Below are positions 15,908-24,264 of a stretch of DNA of 39,903 nt, one piece after another. Position numbers and translations under genes: made by a program. Numbering within the stretch: the stretch's first letter is position 1; every line of letters starts with the position of its first letter. A model generated the notes under the pieces. The model was not told where the DNA came from. It did no database searches and was given only the letters and a program-made list of their open reading frames with translations. This DNA is from Brevundimonas sp. (GTDB lineage: Bacteria; Pseudomonadota; Alphaproteobacteria; Caulobacterales; Caulobacteraceae): the NCBI GenBank assembly GCA_031119155.1, contig JAVHYH010000001.1, positions 10,249 through 50,151 on the forward strand, read 5' to 3'.

Positions 15908-18771
15908 CCGGCCGGCTTCAGGAAGCCGCCGACCAGTTCCACCGCCTCGGCCAGCCCCATCCGCAACACCTCCGTGCCGGGCGGCAGGCTGGCGAACAGG
16001 CGGGTGGGGCAGGCGGCGTCCAGCATGACGAAGACGCCCTTGTCGTCCGCCCGGCGGATCAGCCGTCCGAACGCCTGCGCCATCCGGGCGCGGGCCAGGG
16101 CGTCGTCATAGGCGCGGCCCTGCGCCGACGAGCCGCCGAACTTCTCGCGCCGCGCCTTGTGCAGCAGGTCCGGGCGTGGCCAGGGCACCCGGTCGAAGGC
16201 GAGGATGCGAAGGCTGCGCCCCGGCACATCCACCCCGTCCCGCACCGCGTCGGTGCCCAGCAGACAACTGTCCTGCTCGGCGCGGAACACATCGACCAGC
16301 GCCCCCACCTCCAGCGGATCGACGTGCTGGGCGTAGAGCGGCAGGCCCGCCTTGGCGAGGTCCGGTCCCAGCCGTTCATAGACCGCCTTCAGCCGCCGGA
16401 TGGCGGTGAACAGGCCCACGCCCCCGCCGCCCGCCGCCAGGAACAGCTCGCGCATCGCCGCCGCCGTCTGGCGCGTGTCGTCCTTGATCAGGTCGTTGAC
16501 CACGATGACCCGGCTGTTCTCCGCATAGTCGAACGGGCTTTCGACCTTCAATGTCCGCGCCGGTTCGATCAGCCGCGCTGAGCCGGTCCGCATCCGGGCC
16601 AGATCAAAGGGATCCTCCGACATGGGATCGGACAGGGTGGCGCTGGTCACCAGCACCCCGTGCGACGGCATGATCACCGCGGCTTCCAGCGGCACGGTCG
16701 GGTCGATCCAGTGGCGACGCAGGGCCACGTCGGCGATCCGGCCATAAGCGGCCTCGGCGCTCAGCCAGTCGACGAAGTCCGGGTCGGGTTCGCCGGTATC
16801 ATTGTCCAGCGCCGCCAGCATGGAGCGCCAGCCGGGCAGGGTCATCCGCCCGCGCCGGTCCAGCCCGCGCAGGGCGCCTTCGATCCGCGCCCGGGACGAA
16901 CCGTCCAGCTCGACCGACTCGTCATCCAGAATGTCCTCCAGATGTCGCGACAGGGCCAGCAGCGGCGCCTCGACCGCCGCCAACGCCCGCGCCGCCTCCC
17001 GCGCTGCGTCGAGCACCGGATCGGTGACAGGGCGCAGGGAACATTCCAGCCCGAACTCGATCCCGCCGGGCCCGCCGCTCTCGCTCGTCCGTCCCCGGAG
17101 CTGTTCCAGCGCGGCGACCAGAAAACGCTCGATCGGCCCGATCGGATTGACCTCGCCCGAGGCCGGGGCGATCCGGCCCGACGCGCCTTCGCCCGGCAGC
17201 TGGGCCGCCGCATGGATGGCGTCCTGCAGGGCCTTGGTCGCGGCCTCGTTGTCGGCGCACAGGTCGCCCAATCTCTGTTCCAGCCCACGCCCGCGCCGCC
17301 CGCGTCCCTCGGGTCCCCGGATCCAGCGGCGCAGCTCGGCCGCCTCCTGCCCGGACAGGCAGGCGGAGAAGGCGCTGTCGGCGGCGTCGAACAGATGGTG
17401 GCCCTCGTCGAAGACGATCCGCTTCAGCGCCGCCGTCTCGCCGTCCTGCTTCAGTCCCCGCGCCGAGCGCGCCCCGTCAAACGCCGCCTGGGTCATCACC
17501 AGCGCATGGTTGGCCACCACCAGATCCGCCTTGCGGCTGGCGCGGATGGTCTTCTCGACAAAACACAGGCGGTAGTGGGGACAGGCGGCGTGGACGCATT
17601 CGCCGCGCCGGTCGACCAGATTAGCCGGACTGGCCTGATGCGCCGTCGGCATCGCGAACAGGCCGGGCAGCCAGCCGGGATAGTCGCCGCCGGTCATGTC
17701 GCCGTCGCGCGAATACAGGGCCCAGCGTCCGGCCAGCGCCATGCCAATCAGGTCGCCGTTCCCCAACTGCGCCGCCTGCACCATGTCCTGCAGGTTCAGC
17801 AGGCACAGGTAGTTCTCCCGCCCCTTGCGGACGACGGCCTTCTTCTTCCGCTCGGCGGGATCAGGCCACAGGCTGGCGCTCTCCCGGTCGATCTGGCGTT
17901 GCAGGGCGCGGGTATAGGTCGAGACCCAGGCGGCCCCCTGATTGCGCTCGGCCCAGATGCTGGCGGGCGCCAGATAGCCCAGCGTCTTGCCGGTGCCGGT
18001 CCCCGCCTCGGCCAGCAGCACGCGCGGGCGGCCCTCCTCATTGCGCGGCGAGAAGGCGTAGGCGGCTTCGGCGGCATAGTCGGACTGGGCCGGGCGCGTT
18101 TCGTCCAACCCGGACGCCTGCAGCAGCTTCATCAGCCGGATGCGCGCGCTCTCGGAATCCACCGGAGCCGAGCCGGCCTCGCCGCGCGGCGCCTCGTCTT
18201 CCCATTCGGTCAGCCGTGACCAAACATCCAGCCCGCTGCCGCGATGTTGCCGGGCTCTCAGCGGCTGGTGCTGCAGGGCGCCGGCCACCCGCCAGGACCA
18301 GCTCCAGCCCGCCCGACCCAGCGTCTCGTTCAGGGTGAAGGCGTCCTCGCGCTGCGGATAGGCGGGGTCCGCCAGTTCGCGCAGCAGACCGTCAGCGGCA
18401 TTGCGAAGAGCCTCGGCCTGAGCCTCCGGCCCCTTCGGCTCCGCCTGTCCCGTGACCAGCGCCAGTCCGGTCGGGGAGGGGGCGCAGAACCGTGCAGGCC
18501 GCACGAAGGCAAACAGCTCCAGCACATCCAGCAGGTCTTCCGACCGGGACGGTGGCGCGATGCCCAGCCGTCGCGCGGTCAGGCTGGCGTGGGCGACCAT
18601 CACGGACCCGCCGGTGAACAGGCCTTCGGCGGCGCCCCGCCCGATCTTCCGCGCGCCGTCCAAATCGCACATCGCCCCCGCGCCCGGCGGCACAGCCAGC
18701 GCTGGCGGCAAGTCCAGCCACGGCTCGTCGCCGGTCAGGCCGGAGGAGGATGTGAGGGAGTCGGTCGTCAC
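15904..18771 (-). CDS. dinG: ATP-dependent DNA helicase, DinG/XPD family
   Basis: Q-motif RPAQ, EAGTGTGKT, KGRENYLC, Fe-S cysteines CVHAACPHYRLC, ANHAL, DEGHHL, TSATL, GVDVPG, QAFGRLIR. Confidence 0.92.
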   Translation of the reverse strand: MTTDSLTSSSGLTGDEPWLDLPPALAVPPGAGAMCDLDGARKIGRGAAEGLFTGGSVMVAHASLTARRLGIAPPSRSEDLLDVLELFAFVRPARFCAPSPTGLALVTGQAEPKGPEAQAEALRNAADGLLRELADPAYPQREDAFTLNETLGRAGWSWSWRVAGALQHQPLRARQHRGSGLDVWSRLTEWEDEAPRGEAGSAPVDSESARIRLMKLLQASGLDETRPAQSDYAAEAAYAFSPRNEEGRPRVLLAEAGTGTGKTLGYLAPASIWAERNQGAAWVSTYTRALQRQIDRESASLWPDPAERKKKAVVRKGRENYLCLLNLQDMVQAAQLGNGDLIGMALAGRWALYSRDGDMTGGDYPGWLPGLFAMPTAHQASPANLVDRRGECVHAACPHYRLCFVEKTIRASRKADLVVANHALVMTQAAFDGARSARGLKQDGETAALKRIVFDEGHHLFDAADSAFSACLSGQEAAELRRWIRGPEGRGRRGRGLEQRLGDLCADNEAATKALQDAIHAAAQLPGEGASGRIAPASGEVNPIGPIERFLVAALEQLRGRTSESGGPGGIEFGLECSLRPVTDPVLDAAREAARALAAVEAPLLALSRHLEDILDDESVELDGSSRARIEGALRGLDRRGRMTLPGWRSMLAALDNDTGEPDPDFVDWLSAEAAYGRIADVALRRHWIDPTVPLEAAVIMPSHGVLVTSATLSDPMSEDPFDLARMRTGSARLIEPARTLKVESPFDYAENSRVIVVNDLIKDDTRQTAAAMRELFLAAGGGGVGLFTAIRRLKAVYERLGPDLAKAGLPLYAQHVDPLEVGALVDVFRAEQDSCLLGTDAVRDGVDVPGRSLRILAFDRVPWPRPDLLHKARREKFGGSSAQGRAYDDALARARMAQAFGRLIRRADDKGVFVMLDAACPTRLFASLPPGTEVLRMGLAEAVELVGGFLKPAG

Positions 18772-18797
18772 CCCCTACAGATAGCAATTTCGGGCGC

Positions 18798-18813
18798 GAA
18801 ACGGAACGGGAAC
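18798..18813. promoter_or_regulatory. LexA-box-like site upstream of dinG (direct repeat copy 1)
   Basis: GAAACGGAACGGGAAC reads GTTC-N7-GTTT on minus; alphaproteobacterial SOS box is GTTC-N7-GTTC. Confidence 0.6.
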
Positions 18814-18814
18814 G

Positions 18815-19621
18815 TCAGCCCGTTGCGCCGGCCCGGATGTTCGCCTTCAGCGCCGGCTCCAGCAGTTTCGGCACAGGCAGGGTGGCGTCGCGCGCTTCTC
18901 GCATGGCGACGAAGTCGGCCTCGGTCGCACCGCCTCCGACGTGGATGTTACTCTCTCGCTCGGCGGCGATGGTCGTCTCCCAGCGGAAGTCGCCGCGACC
19001 ATCCTTGGGCAGATAGTCGTGGCCGACGAAGACGCGCGTCTCTCCCGGCAGATTCAGCAGACGGTGGATCGAGGCGTAAAGCGTCCGGGCGTCGCCGCCG
19101 GGGAAGTCCGCCCGCGCCGTGCCGAAGTCGGGCATGAACAGGGTGTCACCGACGAAGACCGCATCGCCGATCCGGTAGCTGACGCAGGCCGGGGTGTGGC
19201 CGGGGGTGTGCAGCACCTCGACCTCCAGTCCGCCGATGTGGAACCGGTCGCCGTCCGCGAACAGCCGGTCGAACACCTCTGCGGACGGTCGCTCGACGCT
19301 GAACTTGTCGGCAAAGGTGGCCTGAACCTCGGTGATCCGCGAGCCCACGCCAATCGGCGCGCCGGTGCGGCGGCGCAGTTCGTCGGCGCCCGACAGGTGG
19401 TCCGCGTGGGCGTGGGTCTCCAGCAGCCAGACGATCTTCACGCTCGCCGCTTCCGCCGCCGCCTGCACGGCGTCGATGGAGGTCGTCGCCGTCGCGCCGG
19501 TCGCGGCGTCATAGTCCAGAACCGGGTCGATCACCGCGGCCGCGCCGGTCTCCGGATCGCTGACCAGATAGGTGACGGTGTTGGTGGCCTTGTCGAAGAA
19601 GGCCTCGACGGTGGGGGTCAT
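18815..19621 (-). CDS. MBL-fold hydrolase, persulfide dioxygenase (Blh/ETHE1-like)
   Basis: IDPVLDYD, LETHAHADHLS, TPGHTPAC, FVGDTLFMPDFGTARADFPGG, GHDY, RDATL. Confidence 0.9.
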   Translation of the reverse strand: MTPTVEAFFDKATNTVTYLVSDPETGAAAVIDPVLDYDAATGATATTSIDAVQAAAEAASVKIVWLLETHAHADHLSGADELRRRTGAPIGVGSRITEVQATFADKFSVERPSAEVFDRLFADGDRFHIGGLEVEVLHTPGHTPACVSYRIGDAVFVGDTLFMPDFGTARADFPGGDARTLYASIHRLLNLPGETRVFVGHDYLPKDGRGDFRWETTIAAERESNIHVGGGATEADFVAMREARDATLPVPKLLEPALKANIRAGATG

Positions 19622-19692
19622 GTGCGGCTCCCTTGGCGAGCGGTGACTATAGCCGCGTGAAAGATCGATGCGACAGGGGCGAGGTCGCAGGT

Positions 19693-19718
19693 GAAACGGA
19701 ACGGGAACATGCTATATC
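19693..19718 (+). promoter_or_regulatory. LexA-box-like site (direct repeat copy 2) and -10 element of lhr
   Basis: GAAACGGAACGGGAAC 19693-19708 then GCTATATC 19711-19718 (Caulobacter housekeeping -10 GCTANAWC), 6 bp before the GTG start. Confidence 0.65.
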
Positions 19719-19724
19719 CCCTCC

Positions 19725-22409
19725 GTGACGCCGACCGCTGTTCCTGCAACGCTTCCCCAAGGGCTTCCGCCCCTGTTCGCCGACTGGTTCGCCTCGCGCG
19801 GCTGGTCACCGCGTCGGCATCAGCTGGAAATGGTCGCCGCGGGGCAGGCGGGATCGCACGCCCTGCTGGTCGCCCCGACCGGCGGCGGCAAGACGCTGGC
19901 GGGGTTTCTGCCGTCGCTGATCGATCTGGCGGAGCGGGGTCCGAAGCCGGCGACGGGGCCGGGCAGCGGGGTGCACACCCTCTACCTCTCGCCCCTGAAG
20001 GCGCTGACCACCGACGTCGAGCGCAACCTGATGACGCCCATCCGCGAGATCGGGCTCAACATCCATGTCGAGAGCCGCACCGGCGACACCAAACAGTCGA
20101 AACGTCAGCGGCAGCGCGATTTTCCGCCCGACATCCTGCTGACCACGCCGGAGCAGTTGGCCCTGTTCTGCGCCTGGGACGGAGCGCGGTCATACTTCGC
20201 CGATCTGAAATGCGTGATCCTCGACGAGGTCCACGCCATCTGGAGCGGCAAGCGCGGCGACCTGCTGTCGCTGGGGCTGGGGCGGCTGCAGAAGTTCGCG
20301 CCGGAGATGCGGCGCGTGGCCCTGTCGGCGACGGTCGATGATCCGGAGATGATCGCGGACTGGCTCAAGCCAGGCCCTTCTCCCCTTGCGGGAGAAGGTG
20401 GCTCGCGCAGCGAGACGGATGAGGGGGCGTACCGGCCGGAACGTTTCCTGGCGAACGAAGAGGGCGCATCGGACAACTCGGCGAGACCCCTCATCCGCCC
20501 CTCCGGGGCACCTTCTCCCGCAAGGGGAGGAGGACAGGTTCGGATCGTCCTCGGCGACCCCGGCGCCCCGCCGGTCATCGACGTGCTGGTGTCCGAAGGC
20601 CGTGTCCCTTGGGCGGGGCACACCGGCGTCCATGCGGTGCCCGAGGTCTATGACGCCATCAGGCGGTCGGGCATGACGCTGATCTTCGTCAACACACGCT
20701 GGCAGGCCGAGTTCGTCTTCCAGCAGCTGTGGGCGATCAATGAGGACAGCCTGCCCATCGCCCTGCACCACGGCTCCCTCGCCGCTGAACAGAGGCGCAA
20801 GGTCGAGGCGGCGATGGCGCGGGGAGATCTGCGGGCGGTGGTCTGCACCTCGACGCTGGATCTCGGCATCGACTGGGGCGATGTCGATCTGGTCATCCAG
20901 TTGGCCGCGCCCAAGGGGGCGTCGCGACTGGTCCAGCGGATCGGCCGGGCCAATCACCGGCTGGACGAGCCGTCCCGCGCCCTGATGGTCCCCGCCAGCC
21001 GGTTCGAGATGCTGGAGTGTCAGGCGGCCCGCGAGGCGGTGGTCGAGAACGCCTTCGACTGGGAGCCGGTCCACATCGGCACTCTCGATACGCTCGCGCA
21101 ACACGTCATGGGCTGCGCCTGTTCAGAACCGTTCGCTCTGGATGATCTGTATGCGGAGGTTTCCGCCTGCGGTCCTTATCGCGGTCTGACGTATGAGCAG
21201 TTCGAGGAGGTGGTCGATCTGGTAGCGACCGGCGGCTATGCCCTGCGCACCTACGACCGCTTCGCCCGCATCGTGCGGACGCCCGATGGCCGGTGGAAGG
21301 TCCGCAACGCCCAGCTGGCCCAGAGCCACCGTATGAACGTCGGCGCCATCGTCTCGGCGGCCAATCTGAATGTGAAGGTCGCCTCGCGCCGCGCGGGCGG
21401 GAAACACCTGGTCGGCGGCCGCAAGATCGGCGAGGCCGAGGAGTGGTATTTCGAACAGATGGAGCCCGGCGACACCTTCGTCTTCGCCGGTCAGGTCTGG
21501 GCCTTCCAGGGCATCTCAGGGACGGACGCCCTGGTCAGTGCGGCGACGGACAAGGACCCCAAGATTCCCTCCTACGGCGGTTCGAAGTTCCCGCTGGGCA
21601 CCTCCCTAGCCGAGCGGGTCCGGGACATGGTGCAGGACCGCGATCACTGGCGTGTCCTGCCGCCCGACGTGCAGGAGTGGCTGGAGCTGCAGGAGGTCCG
21701 CTCGCGCATCCCCCGCGCCGGCGAGATGCTGGTCGAGACCTTCCCGCGCGGCAGCCGTCATTTCATGGTCTGCTACCCGTTCGAGGGGCGGCTGGCGCAC
21801 ACGACCCTGGCCATGCTGCTGACCAAGCGGCTGGACCGGCTGAACATCGGCCCGCTGGGCTTCGTCGTCACCGATTACTCACTCGCCATCTGGTCGATCA
21901 AGCCGATGGACACGGTCGACCTCGACGCTCTGTTCGAGCCCGACATGCTGGGCGATGACCTCGAAAGCTGGCTGGAGGAGAGCTTCATGATGAAGCGCAC
22001 CTTCCGCAACTGCGCCCTGATTTCCGGCCTGATCGAGCAGCGCCAGCCGGGGGCCGAGAAGACCGGGCGGCAGGTCACCTTCTCGACCGACCTGATTTAC
22101 GACGTCTTGCGCCGTCACCAGCCGGACCACCTGCTGCTGCGCACCGCCCGCGCCGACGCGGCGTCAGGCCTGCTGGATGTGGCGCGGCTGGGTCAGCTTC
22201 TCAGCCGTATTCAGGGACAGGTCGTGCATCAGCCGCTGGACCGGCCCTCGCCCTTCTGTGTCCCTGTTCTGGTGCAGATCGGGCGTGAACGGGTCGGGGG
22301 CGGCGCGGCCGAGATGATCCTGTCCGAGACCGCCATGGACTTCGCCGAGGAAACCCTGATCGCCGAGATCATGGCCGATGCGCCGCCTGAACTGGAGGGG
22401 GCGGCGTGA
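19725..22409 (+). CDS. lhr: Ligase-associated DNA damage response DEXH helicase (Lhr-core)
   Basis: APTGGGKT, LSPLKAL, RTGDT, TTPEQL, DEVH, LSAT, HHGSL, TSTLDLGIDWG, QRIGRANH; followed by pdeM; carries an in-frame repeat insertion. Confidence 0.93.
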   Translation: MTPTAVPATLPQGLPPLFADWFASRGWSPRRHQLEMVAAGQAGSHALLVAPTGGGKTLAGFLPSLIDLAERGPKPATGPGSGVHTLYLSPLKALTTDVERNLMTPIREIGLNIHVESRTGDTKQSKRQRQRDFPPDILLTTPEQLALFCAWDGARSYFADLKCVILDEVHAIWSGKRGDLLSLGLGRLQKFAPEMRRVALSATVDDPEMIADWLKPGPSPLAGEGGSRSETDEGAYRPERFLANEEGASDNSARPLIRPSGAPSPARGGGQVRIVLGDPGAPPVIDVLVSEGRVPWAGHTGVHAVPEVYDAIRRSGMTLIFVNTRWQAEFVFQQLWAINEDSLPIALHHGSLAAEQRRKVEAAMARGDLRAVVCTSTLDLGIDWGDVDLVIQLAAPKGASRLVQRIGRANHRLDEPSRALMVPASRFEMLECQAAREAVVENAFDWEPVHIGTLDTLAQHVMGCACSEPFALDDLYAEVSACGPYRGLTYEQFEEVVDLVATGGYALRTYDRFARIVRTPDGRWKVRNAQLAQSHRMNVGAIVSAANLNVKVASRRAGGKHLVGGRKIGEAEEWYFEQMEPGDTFVFAGQVWAFQGISGTDALVSAATDKDPKIPSYGGSKFPLGTSLAERVRDMVQDRDHWRVLPPDVQEWLELQEVRSRIPRAGEMLVETFPRGSRHFMVCYPFEGRLAHTTLAMLLTKRLDRLNIGPLGFVVTDYSLAIWSIKPMDTVDLDALFEPDMLGDDLESWLEESFMMKRTFRNCALISGLIEQRQPGAEKTGRQVTFSTDLIYDVLRRHQPDHLLLRTARADAASGLLDVARLGQLLSRIQGQVVHQPLDRPSPFCVPVLVQIGRERVGGGAAEMILSETAMDFAEETLIAEIMADAPPELEGAA
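20376..20533. repeat. CIR-like compound palindromic element inserted in frame in lhr
   Basis: Terminal arms CCTTCTCCCCTTGCGGGAGAAGGTG / CACCTTCTCCCGCAAGGGGAGGAGG (24/25 inverted), each itself a hairpin; inner CGGATGAGGGG/CCCCTCATCCG. Confidence 0.88.
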
Positions 22410-22423
22410 ATGTTTCAGCGACT

Positions 22424-22576
22424 CCCTTCCCCCTCGATGGGGGAAGGGTTGGGGATGGGGGTGCGGACTGTGCGTTGCAAGTTGTGGCGCATGAGGCGTC
22501 GTCGGCGCCTCGCGCACCTCACTCGGAAATAGCCTGCGCTCACCCCCACCCAACCCTCCCCCATCGAGGGGGAGGG
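22424..22576. repeat. CIR-like compound palindromic element between lhr and pdeM
   Basis: Arms CCCTTCCCCCTCGATGGGGGAAGGGTTGGGGATGGGGGTG (22424-22463) and CACCCCCACCCAACCCTCCCCCATCGAGGGGGAGGG (22541-22576), inverted and self-palindromic. Confidence 0.88.
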
Positions 22577-22593
22577 CTTTCGCGGGGGCATCC

Positions 22594-23325
22594 ATGAACG
22601 CCACGCTCAAAAATACCCTGTCCCCGTTCCGCCATCCTTGCGGCGGCCTGAAGGTGCGCGTGGCGGGTGAGGCCTGCGTGCTGCGCTGCTCCGGGGCGCT
22701 GTGGCTTCCCGACCATCGCACCCTGATCGCCTCGGACCTGCACCTCGAAAAGGGCTCTGCCTTCGCCGTGCGCGGCCAGATGCTGCCGCCCTACGACAGC
22801 CCGGCGACCCTCGCGAAGCTGGAGGCCGAGATCGAGGCGCTGGATCCGGCCTGTGTCGTCCTTCTCGGGGACAGTTTCCACGATTCAAAGGCAATCGACC
22901 GTCTGTCCACGGAAGATCGTGATCGCGTGGCTCGGCTGGCCGTGGGTCGCGACTGGGTCTGGCTGGAGGGCAACCACGATCTGGTCGCGCTGGAAGGCGC
23001 GCTCGACGCCCTGCCGGGCCGGGTCATCACCACCATGGCGCTGGGCGCCCTGACCCTCATCCACGAGCCGCAACCGGGCGAAGCCATCGGCGAAATCGCC
23101 GGCCACCTTCACCCCGCCGCCCGCGTCGCCGCCTATGGCCGGGGCGTCCGTCGTCCCTGCTTCGTCACGGATGGCAAACGCCTGCTGATGCCCGCGTTCG
23201 GCGCCTTTACCGGCGGGCTTGATGTGCGGGACAAGGCTGTCTCGGAGCTGTTCGGTGTGCCGCCGATGGTCGCCGCGCTGGGCCGGGACAAGGTGCATGC
23301 GCTGGCTTGGGAGACAGTGCGCTAA
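22594..23325 (+). CDS. pdeM: Ligase-associated DNA damage response endonuclease PdeM (metallophosphoesterase)
   Basis: SDLHLEKG, LPPYDS, LGDSFHD, GNHD, HEP, GHLHP, MPAFGAFTGGL. Confidence 0.92.
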   Translation: MNATLKNTLSPFRHPCGGLKVRVAGEACVLRCSGALWLPDHRTLIASDLHLEKGSAFAVRGQMLPPYDSPATLAKLEAEIEALDPACVVLLGDSFHDSKAIDRLSTEDRDRVARLAVGRDWVWLEGNHDLVALEGALDALPGRVITTMALGALTLIHEPQPGEAIGEIAGHLHPAARVAAYGRGVRRPCFVTDGKRLLMPAFGAFTGGLDVRDKAVSELFGVPPMVAALGRDKVHALAWETVR

Positions 23326-23352
23326 TGATCCATCGGCGGTAGGGTTTAAGGC

Positions 23353-23526
23353 ATGCGCAATCACATGATCCCACCGAGTGCAATCGAACTCGCTGAGGCC
23401 GATCGCTTTGAGAGGCTCAAAGCCGAGTTGAGCCGCGCATTTGCTGCGCCCGACGCGACATATGCCCCGCTGACTGCCGCTGAGCTCATTGCCCGCAATC
23501 AAACTCTGCCAACAGGGCGAAGCTAA
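23353..23526 (+). pseudogene. Fragment resembling the C-terminal half of a ParD-like addiction-module antitoxin
   Basis: My translation: MRNHMIPPSAIELAEADRFERLKAELSRAFAAPDATYAPLTAAELIARNQTLPTGRS*; in-frame TAA at 23347; no RHH N-terminus and no toxin neighbour; lower GC than flanks. Confidence 0.55.
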
Positions 23527-23545
23527 GCGTTTTCACGGATAAAGG

Positions 23546-24262
23546 TTAAGCTTGGGCGCCCGCCAGCATCGCGTTCGACGCCGTCTCGATGCTCTCCTCC
23601 AGCCGCGCCATGAACTCCACCCGCTTCAGGCCGGCGGGGATGGCGGGCAGGAATTCATAGACGACCGTGCCCGGATGGCGGCGGAAGCCGTGCGCGGGCC
23701 AGTGGACGCCGGAGTTGGTGGCGATGGGGGTGCAGGGGGCCTCGAGATCGCGATACAGGGCGGCGATGCCGGGCTTGTAGTCCGGGGCGGCGCCGACCTC
23801 CGCGCGGGTGCCTTCCGGGAAGATCAGGATCTGCCGTCCCTCGGCGTGCCGGGCGCGGGCCTGTTTGACCATGTCCTTCAGCGCCTTGGAGTGGGCCGAC
23901 CGGTCCACGGCAATCATCTTCGTCTTCCAGGCGAACCAGCCGAAGAAGGGCAGGGGCATCAGCTCCTTCTTCATGATGAAGCAGTTGTCCGGCAGGACCG
24001 CGAACGGCGCGATGACGTCCAGCATGCTCTGGTGCTTGGCCGCCATCAAAGCGGCCCCGACCGGGCGGTGCTCAAGTCCACGAAACTCGACCTTCACCCC
24101 GGCGATCCAGCGCAGGCCGAACAGCACGAATTTGGCCCAGCCCCGGATCACCCACATTGCGGGGCGATAGGGCAGCAGCAGCATCGGCGACAGGCCGACC
24201 GCGAACAGGGCCATCGACAGATAGAGCCAGACGACGAAGACGAGCGAACGCAGGGTGGTCAC
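23546..24262 (-). CDS. plsC: 1-acyl-sn-glycerol-3-phosphate acyltransferase
   Basis: KHQSMLD, IAVDR, IFPEGTR motifs. Confidence 0.9.
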   Translation of the reverse strand: MTTLRSLVFVVWLYLSMALFAVGLSPMLLLPYRPAMWVIRGWAKFVLFGLRWIAGVKVEFRGLEHRPVGAALMAAKHQSMLDVIAPFAVLPDNCFIMKKELMPLPFFGWFAWKTKMIAVDRSAHSKALKDMVKQARARHAEGRQILIFPEGTRAEVGAAPDYKPGIAALYRDLEAPCTPIATNSGVHWPAHGFRRHPGTVVYEFLPAIPAGLKRVEFMARLEESIETASNAMLAGAQA

Positions 24263-24264
24263 GA

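Noticed and set aside
18815-19621. MBL gene as the ligase-associated exonuclease of the Lhr/PdeM system
   Set aside because: Motifs (IDPVLD, GTARADFPGG, HDY) are persulfide-dioxygenase type, it is too short for a beta-CASP domain, and it is on the opposite strand
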